Virus record (IMG/VR): IMGVR_UViG_3300017756_000001
Source of the DNA: a virus
DNA length: 64,000 nt
Strand: one strand, 5' to 3'
Made by a program: the position numbers and the translations under genes. Of this stretch, positions 20,350 through 27,267 are shown piece by piece. Below the pieces are notes generated by a model. That model saw nothing but the letters and a program-made list of their open reading frames with translations, made no database searches and was not told where the DNA came from. Every line of letters starts with the position of its first letter. Positions within the stretch are counted from its first letter, which is position 1.

Positions 20350-20421
20350 CTCCCCAGGTAGGATTTGAACCTACGACCAGACGATTAACAGTCGTCGGCT
20401 CTGCCGCTGAGCTACTGAGGA
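20350..20421 (-). tRNA. tRNA-Asn(GTT)
   Basis: TCCTCAG acceptor pairs CTGGGGA; anticodon loop CTGTTAA. Confidence 0.9.
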
Positions 20422-20615
20422 ATGCGTTGTTCTTTTTTGAGTTTGAAGTACATAGTATAATACTTCCTTTTTATTTTGTCAAGGGTTTCCATGTCATCTA
20501 TAAATCCCATCCATTTACATAATTGAGAAGAACCTTCCAGTTCACTAATTAATCTCAGAAGATTAGTTTGTTCAACTGGAAGTCCACCTTCTTTATATTG
20601 AGACAATGGATTCAT
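20412..20615 (-). CDS. Hypothetical protein; 3' end runs into tRNA-Asn, so the true gene is probably an overlapping small ORF
   Basis: 67-aa ORF MNPLSQYKEGGLPVEQTNLLRLISELEGSSQLCKWMGFIDDMETLDKIKRKYYTMYFK. Confidence 0.45.
   Translation of the reverse strand: MNPLSQYKEGGLPVEQTNLLRLISELEGSSQLCKWMGFIDDMETLDKIKRKYYTMYFKLKKEQRIPQ
20454..20482 (-). promoter_or_regulatory. sigma70 promoter for the tRNA-Asn/tRNA-Val pair
   Basis: TTGACA (20477-20482), 17 nt, TATACT (20454-20459). Confidence 0.65.
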
Positions 20616-20938
20616 TTTTTCTTATCAAGAATGTATTCAACGGTATCAGCAACATCTTCCATGGCATCACGTAGATAGATTCTTTGACCAGAATGTTGTT
20701 CTAGTTTTGTGATACCATTTTTGAACTCTTCAGATAGAGTCCAACGCCACTGCTGCATACTCTTTGAATACCAGAGATTAATCTTCATTAGAAAGGTTTC
20801 CTAACTTAGTATCTATGTTCCCAAGAAGACGAATCATTGCCGAATTATTAGACTCAAGATCATCGATACGTTTATGTAACTCAAGAATCATATCATAGAG
20901 ATTCTTACATTCTGCAGTTTCTTTATATTGTTTTTTCA

Positions 20939-21148
20939 TTATTCTAACTCCCAACAAGCTTCTCGTGCTAACTCTGGATTCTTTTTCAGTGCTTGACTGA
21001 CGTGACTGTGAACATCCTGTTCCAATGTGTGATGTGCTTTAGTGTGGACAAATTCAATCACCCCAAGAGATCCACAGATCGTTAAGTTTAGGACAGTGAG
21101 AGGGTGAAAAAGGTAACGCATAAAAAAGGGGGTGCCGTCGCACCCCAT
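20939..21148 (-). CDS. Hypothetical protein
   Basis: 69-aa ORF; N-terminal part overlaps the terminator, so the start is uncertain. Confidence 0.35.
   Translation of the reverse strand: MGCDGTPFFMRYLFHPLTVLNLTICGSLGVIEFVHTKAHHTLEQDVHSHVSQALKKNPELAREACWELE
21121..21146 (-). terminator. Rho-independent terminator downstream of the small OMP gene
   Basis: GGGGTGC-CGAC/GCAC-GCACCCC perfect stem, T-run on minus strand. Confidence 0.8.
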
Positions 21149-21175
21149 TATAACACCTAGATGTTTAGTTGTAAA
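21147..21175 (-). promoter_or_regulatory. Promoter overlapping the end of the OMP gene and its terminator
   Basis: TTTACA (21170-21175), 17 nt, TATAAT (21147-21152). Confidence 0.45.
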
Positions 21176-21176
21176 C

Positions 21177-21542
21177 TCAGAAGGAATACTTCACACCCAG
21201 TTTACCACCCAGACCAAAGTCATCCTCGTCATCGGCAGTCAAGAAGGAAACCTCACCATAGACTCCGAGAGCATCGGTAACGGGCACGCCAACTCCTGCT
21301 TTACCAGAGAACTGAGTTTCGGTCTCGACACCATCCACAGCAATCACGGCAGGACCCGCTTGGACGTAATATCCAGTAGCACCAACAGTGCCCTCATAGC
21401 CAACGTGAATGTCTGTAGTTGCCCCGGTGTAGTCATCTCCCGTCCAACCAGCATTGGTTTCCACGTTGACGTAGGGACCTGCAAGGGCAGCGCCTGCGGA
21501 CATAGACAGAGCAGCAGTTGCTGCGAATACAGATTTGATCAT
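21177..21542 (-). CDS. Small exported beta-barrel-like outer-membrane protein
   Basis: Signal peptide MIKSVFAATAALSMSAGAALA, Gly/aromatic-rich alternating strands, C-terminal ...KYSF. Confidence 0.6.
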   Translation of the reverse strand: MIKSVFAATAALSMSAGAALAGPYVNVETNAGWTGDDYTGATTDIHVGYEGTVGATGYYVQAGPAVIAVDGVETETQFSGKAGVGVPVTDALGVYGEVSFLTADDEDDFGLGGKLGVKYSF

Positions 21543-21689
21543 TTTTTAAAACCTCTTTAGTTACTTGCGGAGTGATTACCCGCAGATGAATAGGGACTCG
21601 ACTTGTCCCGTTTGTTGCCTTTTGATACAATTTGACAAAAGGTGTATTATTTATACTAGGTATAAATTCGGATTATTCGGCAATCCGAA

Positions 21690-21760
21690 AGCGAGTGACG
21701 AGGATCGAACTCGTGACACCAACTTGGAAGGATGGGATGTTACCGCTACACCACACTCGC
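21690..21760 (-). tRNA. tRNA-Gly(TCC)
   Basis: GCGAGTG acceptor pairs CACTCGC; anticodon loop CTTCCAA; one mismatch in the anticodon stem. Confidence 0.88.
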
Positions 21761-21775
21761 AGAAAAGGCAGATGC

Positions 21776-22420
21776 CTATTGTACAACAGATTGCCAGTCT
21801 TTGTCAAAGATTTCCAATCCTTTATCTGTAAGAATATGATTGTACATATCTTCAAAGACTTTTGGTGGCATGGTTACCACTTGTGCTCCATTATACCATG
21901 ACCTCACTGCTCTTTGTACACTTCGGATAGAAGCAGAAAGAACCTGAGTCGGACATCCATGAATGCGATACAGTTCAGAAATAGAACGTATCACTTCAAG
22001 TCCTGCAACAGACTGATCATCAAGTCGTCCCACAAAAGGGGACACATAATATGCACCGGCTCGAGCAGCAAGAACTGCTTGTGCGGCAGAGAAAATCAGA
22101 GTTACATTGACTCGAATATTTTGATATGATAGTTCTCGACAAGCAGCAAGACCATCTTTGGTCATTGGTACTTTAACAGTCGTACAGAAACCAAACTTTT
22201 CCCGAAGTCTGAGTCCCTCTTTAATCATTTCATCTGCAGTACCAACAACTTCCATACTCAGATCATTAACTCCAAGATCTTTCAGTTCTTGATATACATC
22301 ATCAGGATTTTTACCACTCTTCATAATCAGAGTAGGATTGGTGGTGATACCATCAATTAATCCGGTTTCAAAATGTTTTTTAATTACGTCAGTATCAGCA
22401 GTATCCAGAAAAATTTTCAT
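21776..22420 (-). CDS. talC: Transaldolase, fructose-6-phosphate aldolase-like (ORF track extends to 22462; true start MKIFLDTADTD)
   Basis: MKIFLDTADTDVIKKHFETGLIDGITTNPTLIMKSG ... SPFVGRLDD ... TQVLSASIRS. Confidence 0.95.
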   Translation of the reverse strand: MKIFLDTADTDVIKKHFETGLIDGITTNPTLIMKSGKNPDDVYQELKDLGVNDLSMEVVGTADEMIKEGLRLREKFGFCTTVKVPMTKDGLAACRELSYQNIRVNVTLIFSAAQAVLAARAGAYYVSPFVGRLDDQSVAGLEVIRSISELYRIHGCPTQVLSASIRSVQRAVRSWYNGAQVVTMPPKVFEDMYNHILTDKGLEIFDKDWQSVVQ

Positions 22421-22690
22421 TTTAATAAAAATATGGAAAAGAGCAGGTGAACCAACCTGCAATTTTGGGGAGATGTCTACCCATGGTTGTGTTGTGGTGG
22501 GCGGAAGGAATACATTATACCTTCACCGAGTGGGAATCACTGATGTGATAATAGGTCACTCAGACTTTCGGACCTCCTGGTAAGAGTTCTGTGCGAACAC
22601 AGCGGGCACCACCCCTGTCCTATTATACATTACGCCGTGCCTCCACAAGCGTTGTTCTGTCACACCCTATGGGAATCCGTCGATTCCCAA

Positions 22691-22764
22691 CGACTCAGGT
22701 AGGATTTGAACCTACGACCGACTGCTTAGAAGGCAGTTGCTCTATCCAGCTGAGCTACTGAGTC
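22691..22764 (-). tRNA. tRNA-Arg(TCT)
   Basis: GACTCAG acceptor pairs CTGAGTC; anticodon TCT in CTTCTAA loop. Confidence 0.93.
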
Positions 22765-22823
22765 ATGTGAGAGGCGGGAACAGTCTGCCGTTCCTCTTAT
22801 CGTGTTTGCCTCTCAACTCAGTT

Positions 22824-22852
22824 ATTATAGGGTATCCAGGTCAGGGAGTCAA
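22824..22852 (-). promoter_or_regulatory. sigma70 promoter upstream of tRNA-Arg/talC
   Basis: TTGACT (22847-22852), 17 nt, TATAAT (22824-22829). Confidence 0.65.
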
Positions 22853-23085
22853 CCCTTTTTCTTTTTTGGAGCAGATTCTTCTACCACTTCCGTTTCTGCC
22901 ACTTCTGCTTCGGGTTCAGGTTCTGGAAGTTCTACTCCAATTTGTGTCAAATATTCGATAGCACCTTGTACTTTAAAAAATAATTCTCTTCTATTTCCGG
23001 TCGTTTCTTGAAGTTTTTCAAGATCACTTCTCAGTGCATCTCTCTGTTCCAAAAGATTTGCAAGATGTTGTTGTTGTTCAGTCAT
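22849..23085 (-). CDS. Hypothetical coiled-coil protein with acidic PE-rich linker
   Basis: 78 aa MTEQQQHLANLLEQRDALRSDLEKLQ ... ELPEPEPEAEVAETEVVEESAPKKKKG. Confidence 0.6.
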   Translation of the reverse strand: MTEQQQHLANLLEQRDALRSDLEKLQETTGNRRELFFKVQGAIEYLTQIGVELPEPEPEAEVAETEVVEESAPKKKKG

Positions 23086-23176
23086 GATAGTAATAAAGTT
23101 CTAATTACATGATTCGCACTATTTAGACATTTTATAAAACTAAATAATTCCACATCCTCTTCAAAAAACTATACCG

Positions 23177-23674
23177 ATGAGAAAGGCATTTATTGCTTTT
23201 GGTATGATATTGATGACCGCAGGTGCAGCAAATGCTGGCGGATTAGTTCATAAAATGTCATCTAGTGTCCAACTTACCGTAGATACTGCAAGAACCACTG
23301 CGACTCGACTGGGTTCTCAGTACAGTATATCAGGGTCTAATGTAAATACTACAGATGGCACAACTGCCGGAACTATCACCACTGGAACTTTATCTAGTGG
23401 AATCTATAGTCCTAGCAACATTTCTGCGACACAAGCAACTGATGGTGAAGCATTCTCTTTCAGTGCTTCATATATACAAGGTGATGCAGTTCCAACTTCA
23501 GCTGCTTCAGTAGGTGCAGTCGGCAACTTCTCCAGTCAAGTTTCTTATGCTGCTGGAACAAAAGACACCTTAGCAGGTACTATTGCAACAGACGGTGGTA
23601 TTACAATGACTGCTGGCGGAGCTGGTACAAGTGCGATAGGACAATTTGTAAGTGAGATCACGGTGATAGATTAA
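23177..23674 (+). CDS. Exported Ser/Thr/Gly-rich protein
   Basis: Signal peptide MRKAFIAFGMILMTAGAANAG; divergent strand from all neighbours. Confidence 0.65.
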   Translation: MRKAFIAFGMILMTAGAANAGGLVHKMSSSVQLTVDTARTTATRLGSQYSISGSNVNTTDGTTAGTITTGTLSSGIYSPSNISATQATDGEAFSFSASYIQGDAVPTSAASVGAVGNFSSQVSYAAGTKDTLAGTIATDGGITMTAGGAGTSAIGQFVSEITVID

Positions 23675-24144
23675 TGACAAAACTACAAGAAGCAATCGGT
23701 CTCGGATTGATTCTTGGGGTTATTCACGGATTAGTACAACCTGCTTATTCCGTACCCGTGGTTCCCAACTTTACTCAGGGATCCATGACCAGCCACACTG
23801 AAACGACTTCAAAACAAACTGAGACAATCAACTCCATAGACTATGCTACAGGATGGCAATATACAGTATCTGGAACAAATGTTTCCAACAACGGAGCAGC
23901 ACTTCTGCCTCCAACGACAACCAACAATGTGGTGGTGACTCCCATGGGAGGAATAGAAGGAACAGTTACAAGTTCCGCAACTGGATTGAACTTCAACAAT
24001 TCAAACTTCACAATAACAGATCCCGGAAAATCATTTCAGTTCACGACGACCTATCAAGGTCCTGGTATAACAAACCAGACTGTGATTCAAAGAACAACGG
24101 AAGTTATCAGCGTAACCGACACTACAAGTATCTTTACCCAGTAA
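23674..24144 (+). CDS. Exported Thr/Asn-rich protein
   Basis: Start overlaps upstream stop (TAATG); signal-like LGLILGVIHGLVQPAYS. Confidence 0.65.
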   Translation: MTKLQEAIGLGLILGVIHGLVQPAYSVPVVPNFTQGSMTSHTETTSKQTETINSIDYATGWQYTVSGTNVSNNGAALLPPTTTNNVVVTPMGGIEGTVTSSATGLNFNNSNFTITDPGKSFQFTTTYQGPGITNQTVIQRTTEVISVTDTTSIFTQ

Positions 24145-24161
24145 TCTTATGTCTAACAAAT

Positions 24162-25130
24162 CTTGCGACTGTCCCTGCCACACTGGCGGCAGATGTAGGG
24201 GGTGTGAGTGCAACAGCAAATCCAATCGCTAATAGTTCAGGCTCGGTGACCAACCAAGCCATCCAGGTTTTACAAGGCCCATATATCACTAACACATACG
24301 GAAATGGAATCAGTTGTCAAGGTCCAACTGCCAATTTCACTCCGTATATTACTCATGCAAAAAATGATAAGGATCCATTTGAAACTTTCTACATGGAACC
24401 TCAATATGATGCTAGAGACTTTGAAGGTCGCATGGTAGAAGTACAAAAAAATGTCAAGAACTGGCCTTGGGAAGATCATTATGATAATAGAACTTATACA
24501 AATGCTGATGGTGAAACTGTAAGAGCATATGAAGATGGTGCAGACATGACAATTACTGTCATGGAAATGCAAGGTGATGGTGTTCCTGATAATCCAGGTT
24601 CACAACTCTGGCAGAAACCAGTCAGAACCGGAATGACAAGAAACAGTAGTACAAGTATTGGTTTATCTGCAACACTTTCCATACCACTCGATGGTGGATT
24701 ACAAGAAAGATGTAAACAAGCAGCAGAAACTCAGATTGCACTACAAGGTCAGATGCTTGCCAATAAAAGATTAGACTTTGAATTAGCCAGACTCAAGAAT
24801 TGTGGGGAATTATTACAAAAAGGAATTCGTTTTCATCCCAAGAGCCCATATGCGAGAGTATGTGCCGATGTGATAGTGATGAATAAGAATGCTATTGCAC
24901 CACACGTTCATTCTATTCCTTCCCCTTCAGTTTCCGGATCGCGTGATTCCGCACCTTCTGCTCCTGCCTCCTCTCAAAAACAGATTCCTGCAGGGTCTTC
25001 TTACCCCGTAAGGCAGCAATCTTCTTTATCACCTTCTTCACAGTCGGTTTCACCACTCTTAACAAAAGATCAGCAAGAGGTTTTGCGAGCAGTGCAGAAC
25101 TCGTCGCTACCACAGCAATTGAAGCAGTAG
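24162..25130 (+). CDS. Exported protein (C-terminal part of ORF 23853..25130); proper start unclear, ATG at 24149 is in another frame
   Basis: LATVPATLAADVGGVSATANPIANSSGS ... no ATG/GTG/TTG in frame near the expected start. Confidence 0.55.
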   Translation, partial: LATVPATLAADVGGVSATANPIANSSGSVTNQAIQVLQGPYITNTYGNGISCQGPTANFTPYITHAKNDKDPFETFYMEPQYDARDFEGRMVEVQKNVKNWPWEDHYDNRTYTNADGETVRAYEDGADMTITVMEMQGDGVPDNPGSQLWQKPVRTGMTRNSSTSIGLSATLSIPLDGGLQERCKQAAETQIALQGQMLANKRLDFELARLKNCGELLQKGIRFHPKSPYARVCADVIVMNKNAIAPHVHSIPSPSVSGSRDSAPSAPASSQKQIPAGSSYPVRQQSSLSPSSQSVSPLLTKDQQEVLRAVQNSSLPQQLKQ

Positions 25131-25692
25131 TAATCACCATACCTGGTGATGGTATGTTCTGAATAATCTGATCGGGAATGGATAAATCCTCAAATACGGG
25201 AAGACATTCTTTCCCGACCATTTCATATGCGACTAATTTTTTATTTCCTTCTACAATTTTTCCGACAGGATCTTTTAATTGCTGTGCTCTAGTTGGACAC
25301 TCAGGCATGGGTGCCTCTGTCTTAGGAACTCTAGGTGCCGGTGCCTCTGGAACTTCAGGTTTCGGTGGTGGTTTATATGCAGGTGGAGGTGGTGCCTCTT
25401 GCTCTAATTTAATCTTATTTGCATCATAATCTATCGGATAATAACTTGGTGTCCCTGCATCACACAGAGTCATTGTGCCTTTATCATCCTCATTTTTTAA
25501 ATTAGTATTTCTATCACTATCTGTATGCGTTTCAACACATCCAGGAATATTGACAATAGGAGTTCCTATCTCTGTTGTTACCGGGGGATATATTGGTACT
25601 GCTAAAGGTGACTCAGATGTCAAACTGCGGGGAATATAAATTTCTCTAATACCAATATCCCCTATATTAATTCTAATATCAGGGATCGGCAT
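24913..25692 (-). CDS. Hypothetical proline-rich/TM phage protein
   Basis: 259 aa; PPPPAYKPPPKPEVPEAPAPR linker, TM region, basic C-terminus; convergent overlap with plus-strand ORF. Confidence 0.6.
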   Translation of the reverse strand: MPIPDIRINIGDIGIREIYIPRSLTSESPLAVPIYPPVTTEIGTPIVNIPGCVETHTDSDRNTNLKNEDDKGTMTLCDAGTPSYYPIDYDANKIKLEQEAPPPPAYKPPPKPEVPEAPAPRVPKTEAPMPECPTRAQQLKDPVGKIVEGNKKLVAYEMVGKECLPVFEDLSIPDQIIQNIPSPGMVITTASIAVVATSSALLAKPLADLLLRVVKPTVKKVIKKIAALRGKKTLQESVFERRQEQKVRNHAIRKLKGKE

Positions 25693-25943
25693 CAGAAACC
25701 AGGAATACCTCCTCCTGTTGCTCCTGGAATTGCACCACCAGTTGTGCCAGGAAGTTCAGGCATGGCAGATTCTAGCATACCAGGAAGTGCTCCTGCAATT
25801 GCTTCTGTTGCTGCCGATGCAATTTTTTCTTTTGCATTTTCAATCAGTGTATCACGTTGAGTGTAAACATATGTACCACCACCGATGATACCTGCCACAC
25901 CAACAAATGATAAAACTGCGAGAACATTGATTACTTTTTGCAT
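25692..25943 (-). CDS. Hypothetical membrane protein with Pro/Gly-rich tail
   Basis: 83 aa; N-terminal TM, GALPGMLESAMPELPGTTGGAIPGATGGGIPGF. Confidence 0.6.
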   Translation of the reverse strand: MQKVINVLAVLSFVGVAGIIGGGTYVYTQRDTLIENAKEKIASAATEAIAGALPGMLESAMPELPGTTGGAIPGATGGGIPGF

Positions 25944-25947
25944 TGTT

Positions 25948-26424
25948 TTACTCCGTTAAAGTTCCATATGATCTACGAATTTCACGTAGTTCTTCAAAAT
26001 CTTTCTGTTTTGTTCCACCATCATATGCCCAGGCATATCCTTCGGTGATCATTTGTTCATTGAGGGACAACTCCTCGTCCCCGATGTAAAGCCAGCCAAG
26101 AAGACGACCATACTTGCCGACGCCACCAACAAGTTCAGTCCTAACAGACAACTCATCATCACCAGATATAGCACCCTCCAATTTTTCTTTGAGCCAGTTC
26201 GTTGCGTCAATTCCAAGTTTCTTTTCCTCAAGATCTCTGGTCCTCTTCTCTGGAGTATCCACTCCTGCAATTCTAACTCTCTCTTTCTTGTAAAGGTCAA
26301 ATCCAAGATCGATAGTAACATCAATCGTGTCCCCGTCCAGAACTCTGTTGATCTCCACTACTCGGAAGTTGTAACAACTCTTCCGACTTGGGGGTGTCAT
26401 TGCTCCCATGGTCTTCTTTATCAT
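25948..26424 (-). CDS. Micrococcal nuclease-like (thermonuclease/SNc fold)
   Basis: VLDGDTIDVTIDLGFDLYKKERVRIAGVDTPEKR ... YGRLLGWLYIG ... EQMITEGYAWAY. Confidence 0.88.
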   Translation of the reverse strand: MIKKTMGAMTPPSRKSCYNFRVVEINRVLDGDTIDVTIDLGFDLYKKERVRIAGVDTPEKRTRDLEEKKLGIDATNWLKEKLEGAISGDDELSVRTELVGGVGKYGRLLGWLYIGDEELSLNEQMITEGYAWAYDGGTKQKDFEELREIRRSYGTLTE

Positions 26425-26538
26425 CTATACTCAATATATAGACGATAATATATGCAACTCCCATTAAAAGTATAATTATAGAAATTATTACACTCCAAAC
26501 AGGGTCATTTATATTTTCATGAGATCTAAGAATTAAAT

Positions 26539-26784
26539 TCATAATTTATTATTCGGATCTAATCCCAAAGAAATTAAATATTCCGTCCACCAATCAGGAT
26601 TTTTTTTACACTTCCAATGTGGAACATCCAGTCCCTTCTCAGAATAATACTCATATAAAGCATTATCGATAATCTGTGCTGTCTCCATATTCCTCTTCCT
26701 CCTCATCAACGTCTGCATACGGGTTTTCCAGGTAGGGTCCTCGTTTCCGTAAAGGTTCTTTTCTGACATAATCCGATTCAGCAT
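26539..26784 (-). CDS. Hypothetical protein
   Basis: 81-aa ORF. Confidence 0.45.
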   Translation of the reverse strand: MLNRIMSEKNLYGNEDPTWKTRMQTLMRRKRNMETAQIIDNALYEYYSEKGLDVPHWKCKKNPDWWTEYLISLGLDPNNKL

Positions 26785-26875
26785 TTACGGCAGAAATCCA
26801 AACTGCAATTTTTAACACTATGTAGATAACGACAAGTGGTGTAAAGCATAGTAGTAGTGTTAATTGATAGTTCAT
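26663..26875 (-). CDS. Hypothetical small membrane protein
   Basis: 70-aa ORF with TM; overlaps 26539..26784, so one start is probably internal. Confidence 0.4.
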   Translation of the reverse strand: MNYQLTLLLCFTPLVVIYIVLKIAVWISAVNAESDYVRKEPLRKRGPYLENPYADVDEEEEEYGDSTDYR

Positions 26876-27063
26876 ATGTTCTCACCTATGAAATTATCAG
26901 GTTCTTCTTCATCATCCCAGTCTGGTTCATAAAGAGGACATGGTTCTTCAAACAAGTGTTCCATTCTAAGTTGTTTGATTCTTTCCCTGAGGGATTTATA
27001 AAATTCTCTCTTTTCGTCATCTTTCATTTGTGACTTTTGGTGAATGGTTCCCAGTGTTCCCAA
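26872..27063 (-). CDS. Hypothetical protein
   Basis: 63-aa ORF; likely start MKDDEKREFYKSL. Confidence 0.45.
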   Translation of the reverse strand: MGTLGTIHQKSQMKDDEKREFYKSLRERIKQLRMEHLFEEPCPLYEPDWDDEEEPDNFIGENI

Positions 27064-27149
27064 CCATAATTATGTATAGCCCAAATTCCTATGATAGGAA
27101 CAAACACAAGGCAAAAGGACATAAACCCTAATGCCAAAGGATTTTCCAT
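27024..27149 (-). CDS. 41-aa small membrane protein (not in ORF track)
   Basis: MENPLALGFMSFCLVFVPIIGIWAIHNYGWEHWEPFTKSHK. Confidence 0.45.
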   Translation of the reverse strand: MENPLALGFMSFCLVFVPIIGIWAIHNYGWEHWEPFTKSHK

Positions 27150-27183
27150 TGTATGTCTTACGAATAACTGTACATAGTGCATG

Positions 27184-27267
27184 TTATCCTCGGTATCTAC
27201 CTGGCCATGTTAACTGCATTCCAGCAATTAGTACTGTAATAAAAGTTACTACAAACAATAATGTCAT
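27184..27267 (-). CDS. 27-aa membrane micro-ORF (not in ORF track)
   Basis: MTLLFVVTFITVLIAGMQLTWPGRYRG. Confidence 0.3.
   Translation of the reverse strand: MTLLFVVTFITVLIAGMQLTWPGRYRG

Noticed and set aside
22421-22462. N-terminal extension MQVGSPALFHIFIK of talC in the ORF track
   Set aside because: Not transaldolase-like; the canonical start MKIFLDTADTD is at 22420.
22621-22690. Possible additional tRNA upstream of tRNA-Arg
   Set aside because: GGGAATC/GATTCCC hairpin is present but no recognisable cloverleaf, anticodon arm or T-loop consensus.
23853-24140. N-terminal 96 aa of the 425-aa plus-strand ORF
   Set aside because: This part overlaps the better-supported gene 23674..24144 and looks like frame-shadow sequence; only the portion after about 24150 is protein-like.
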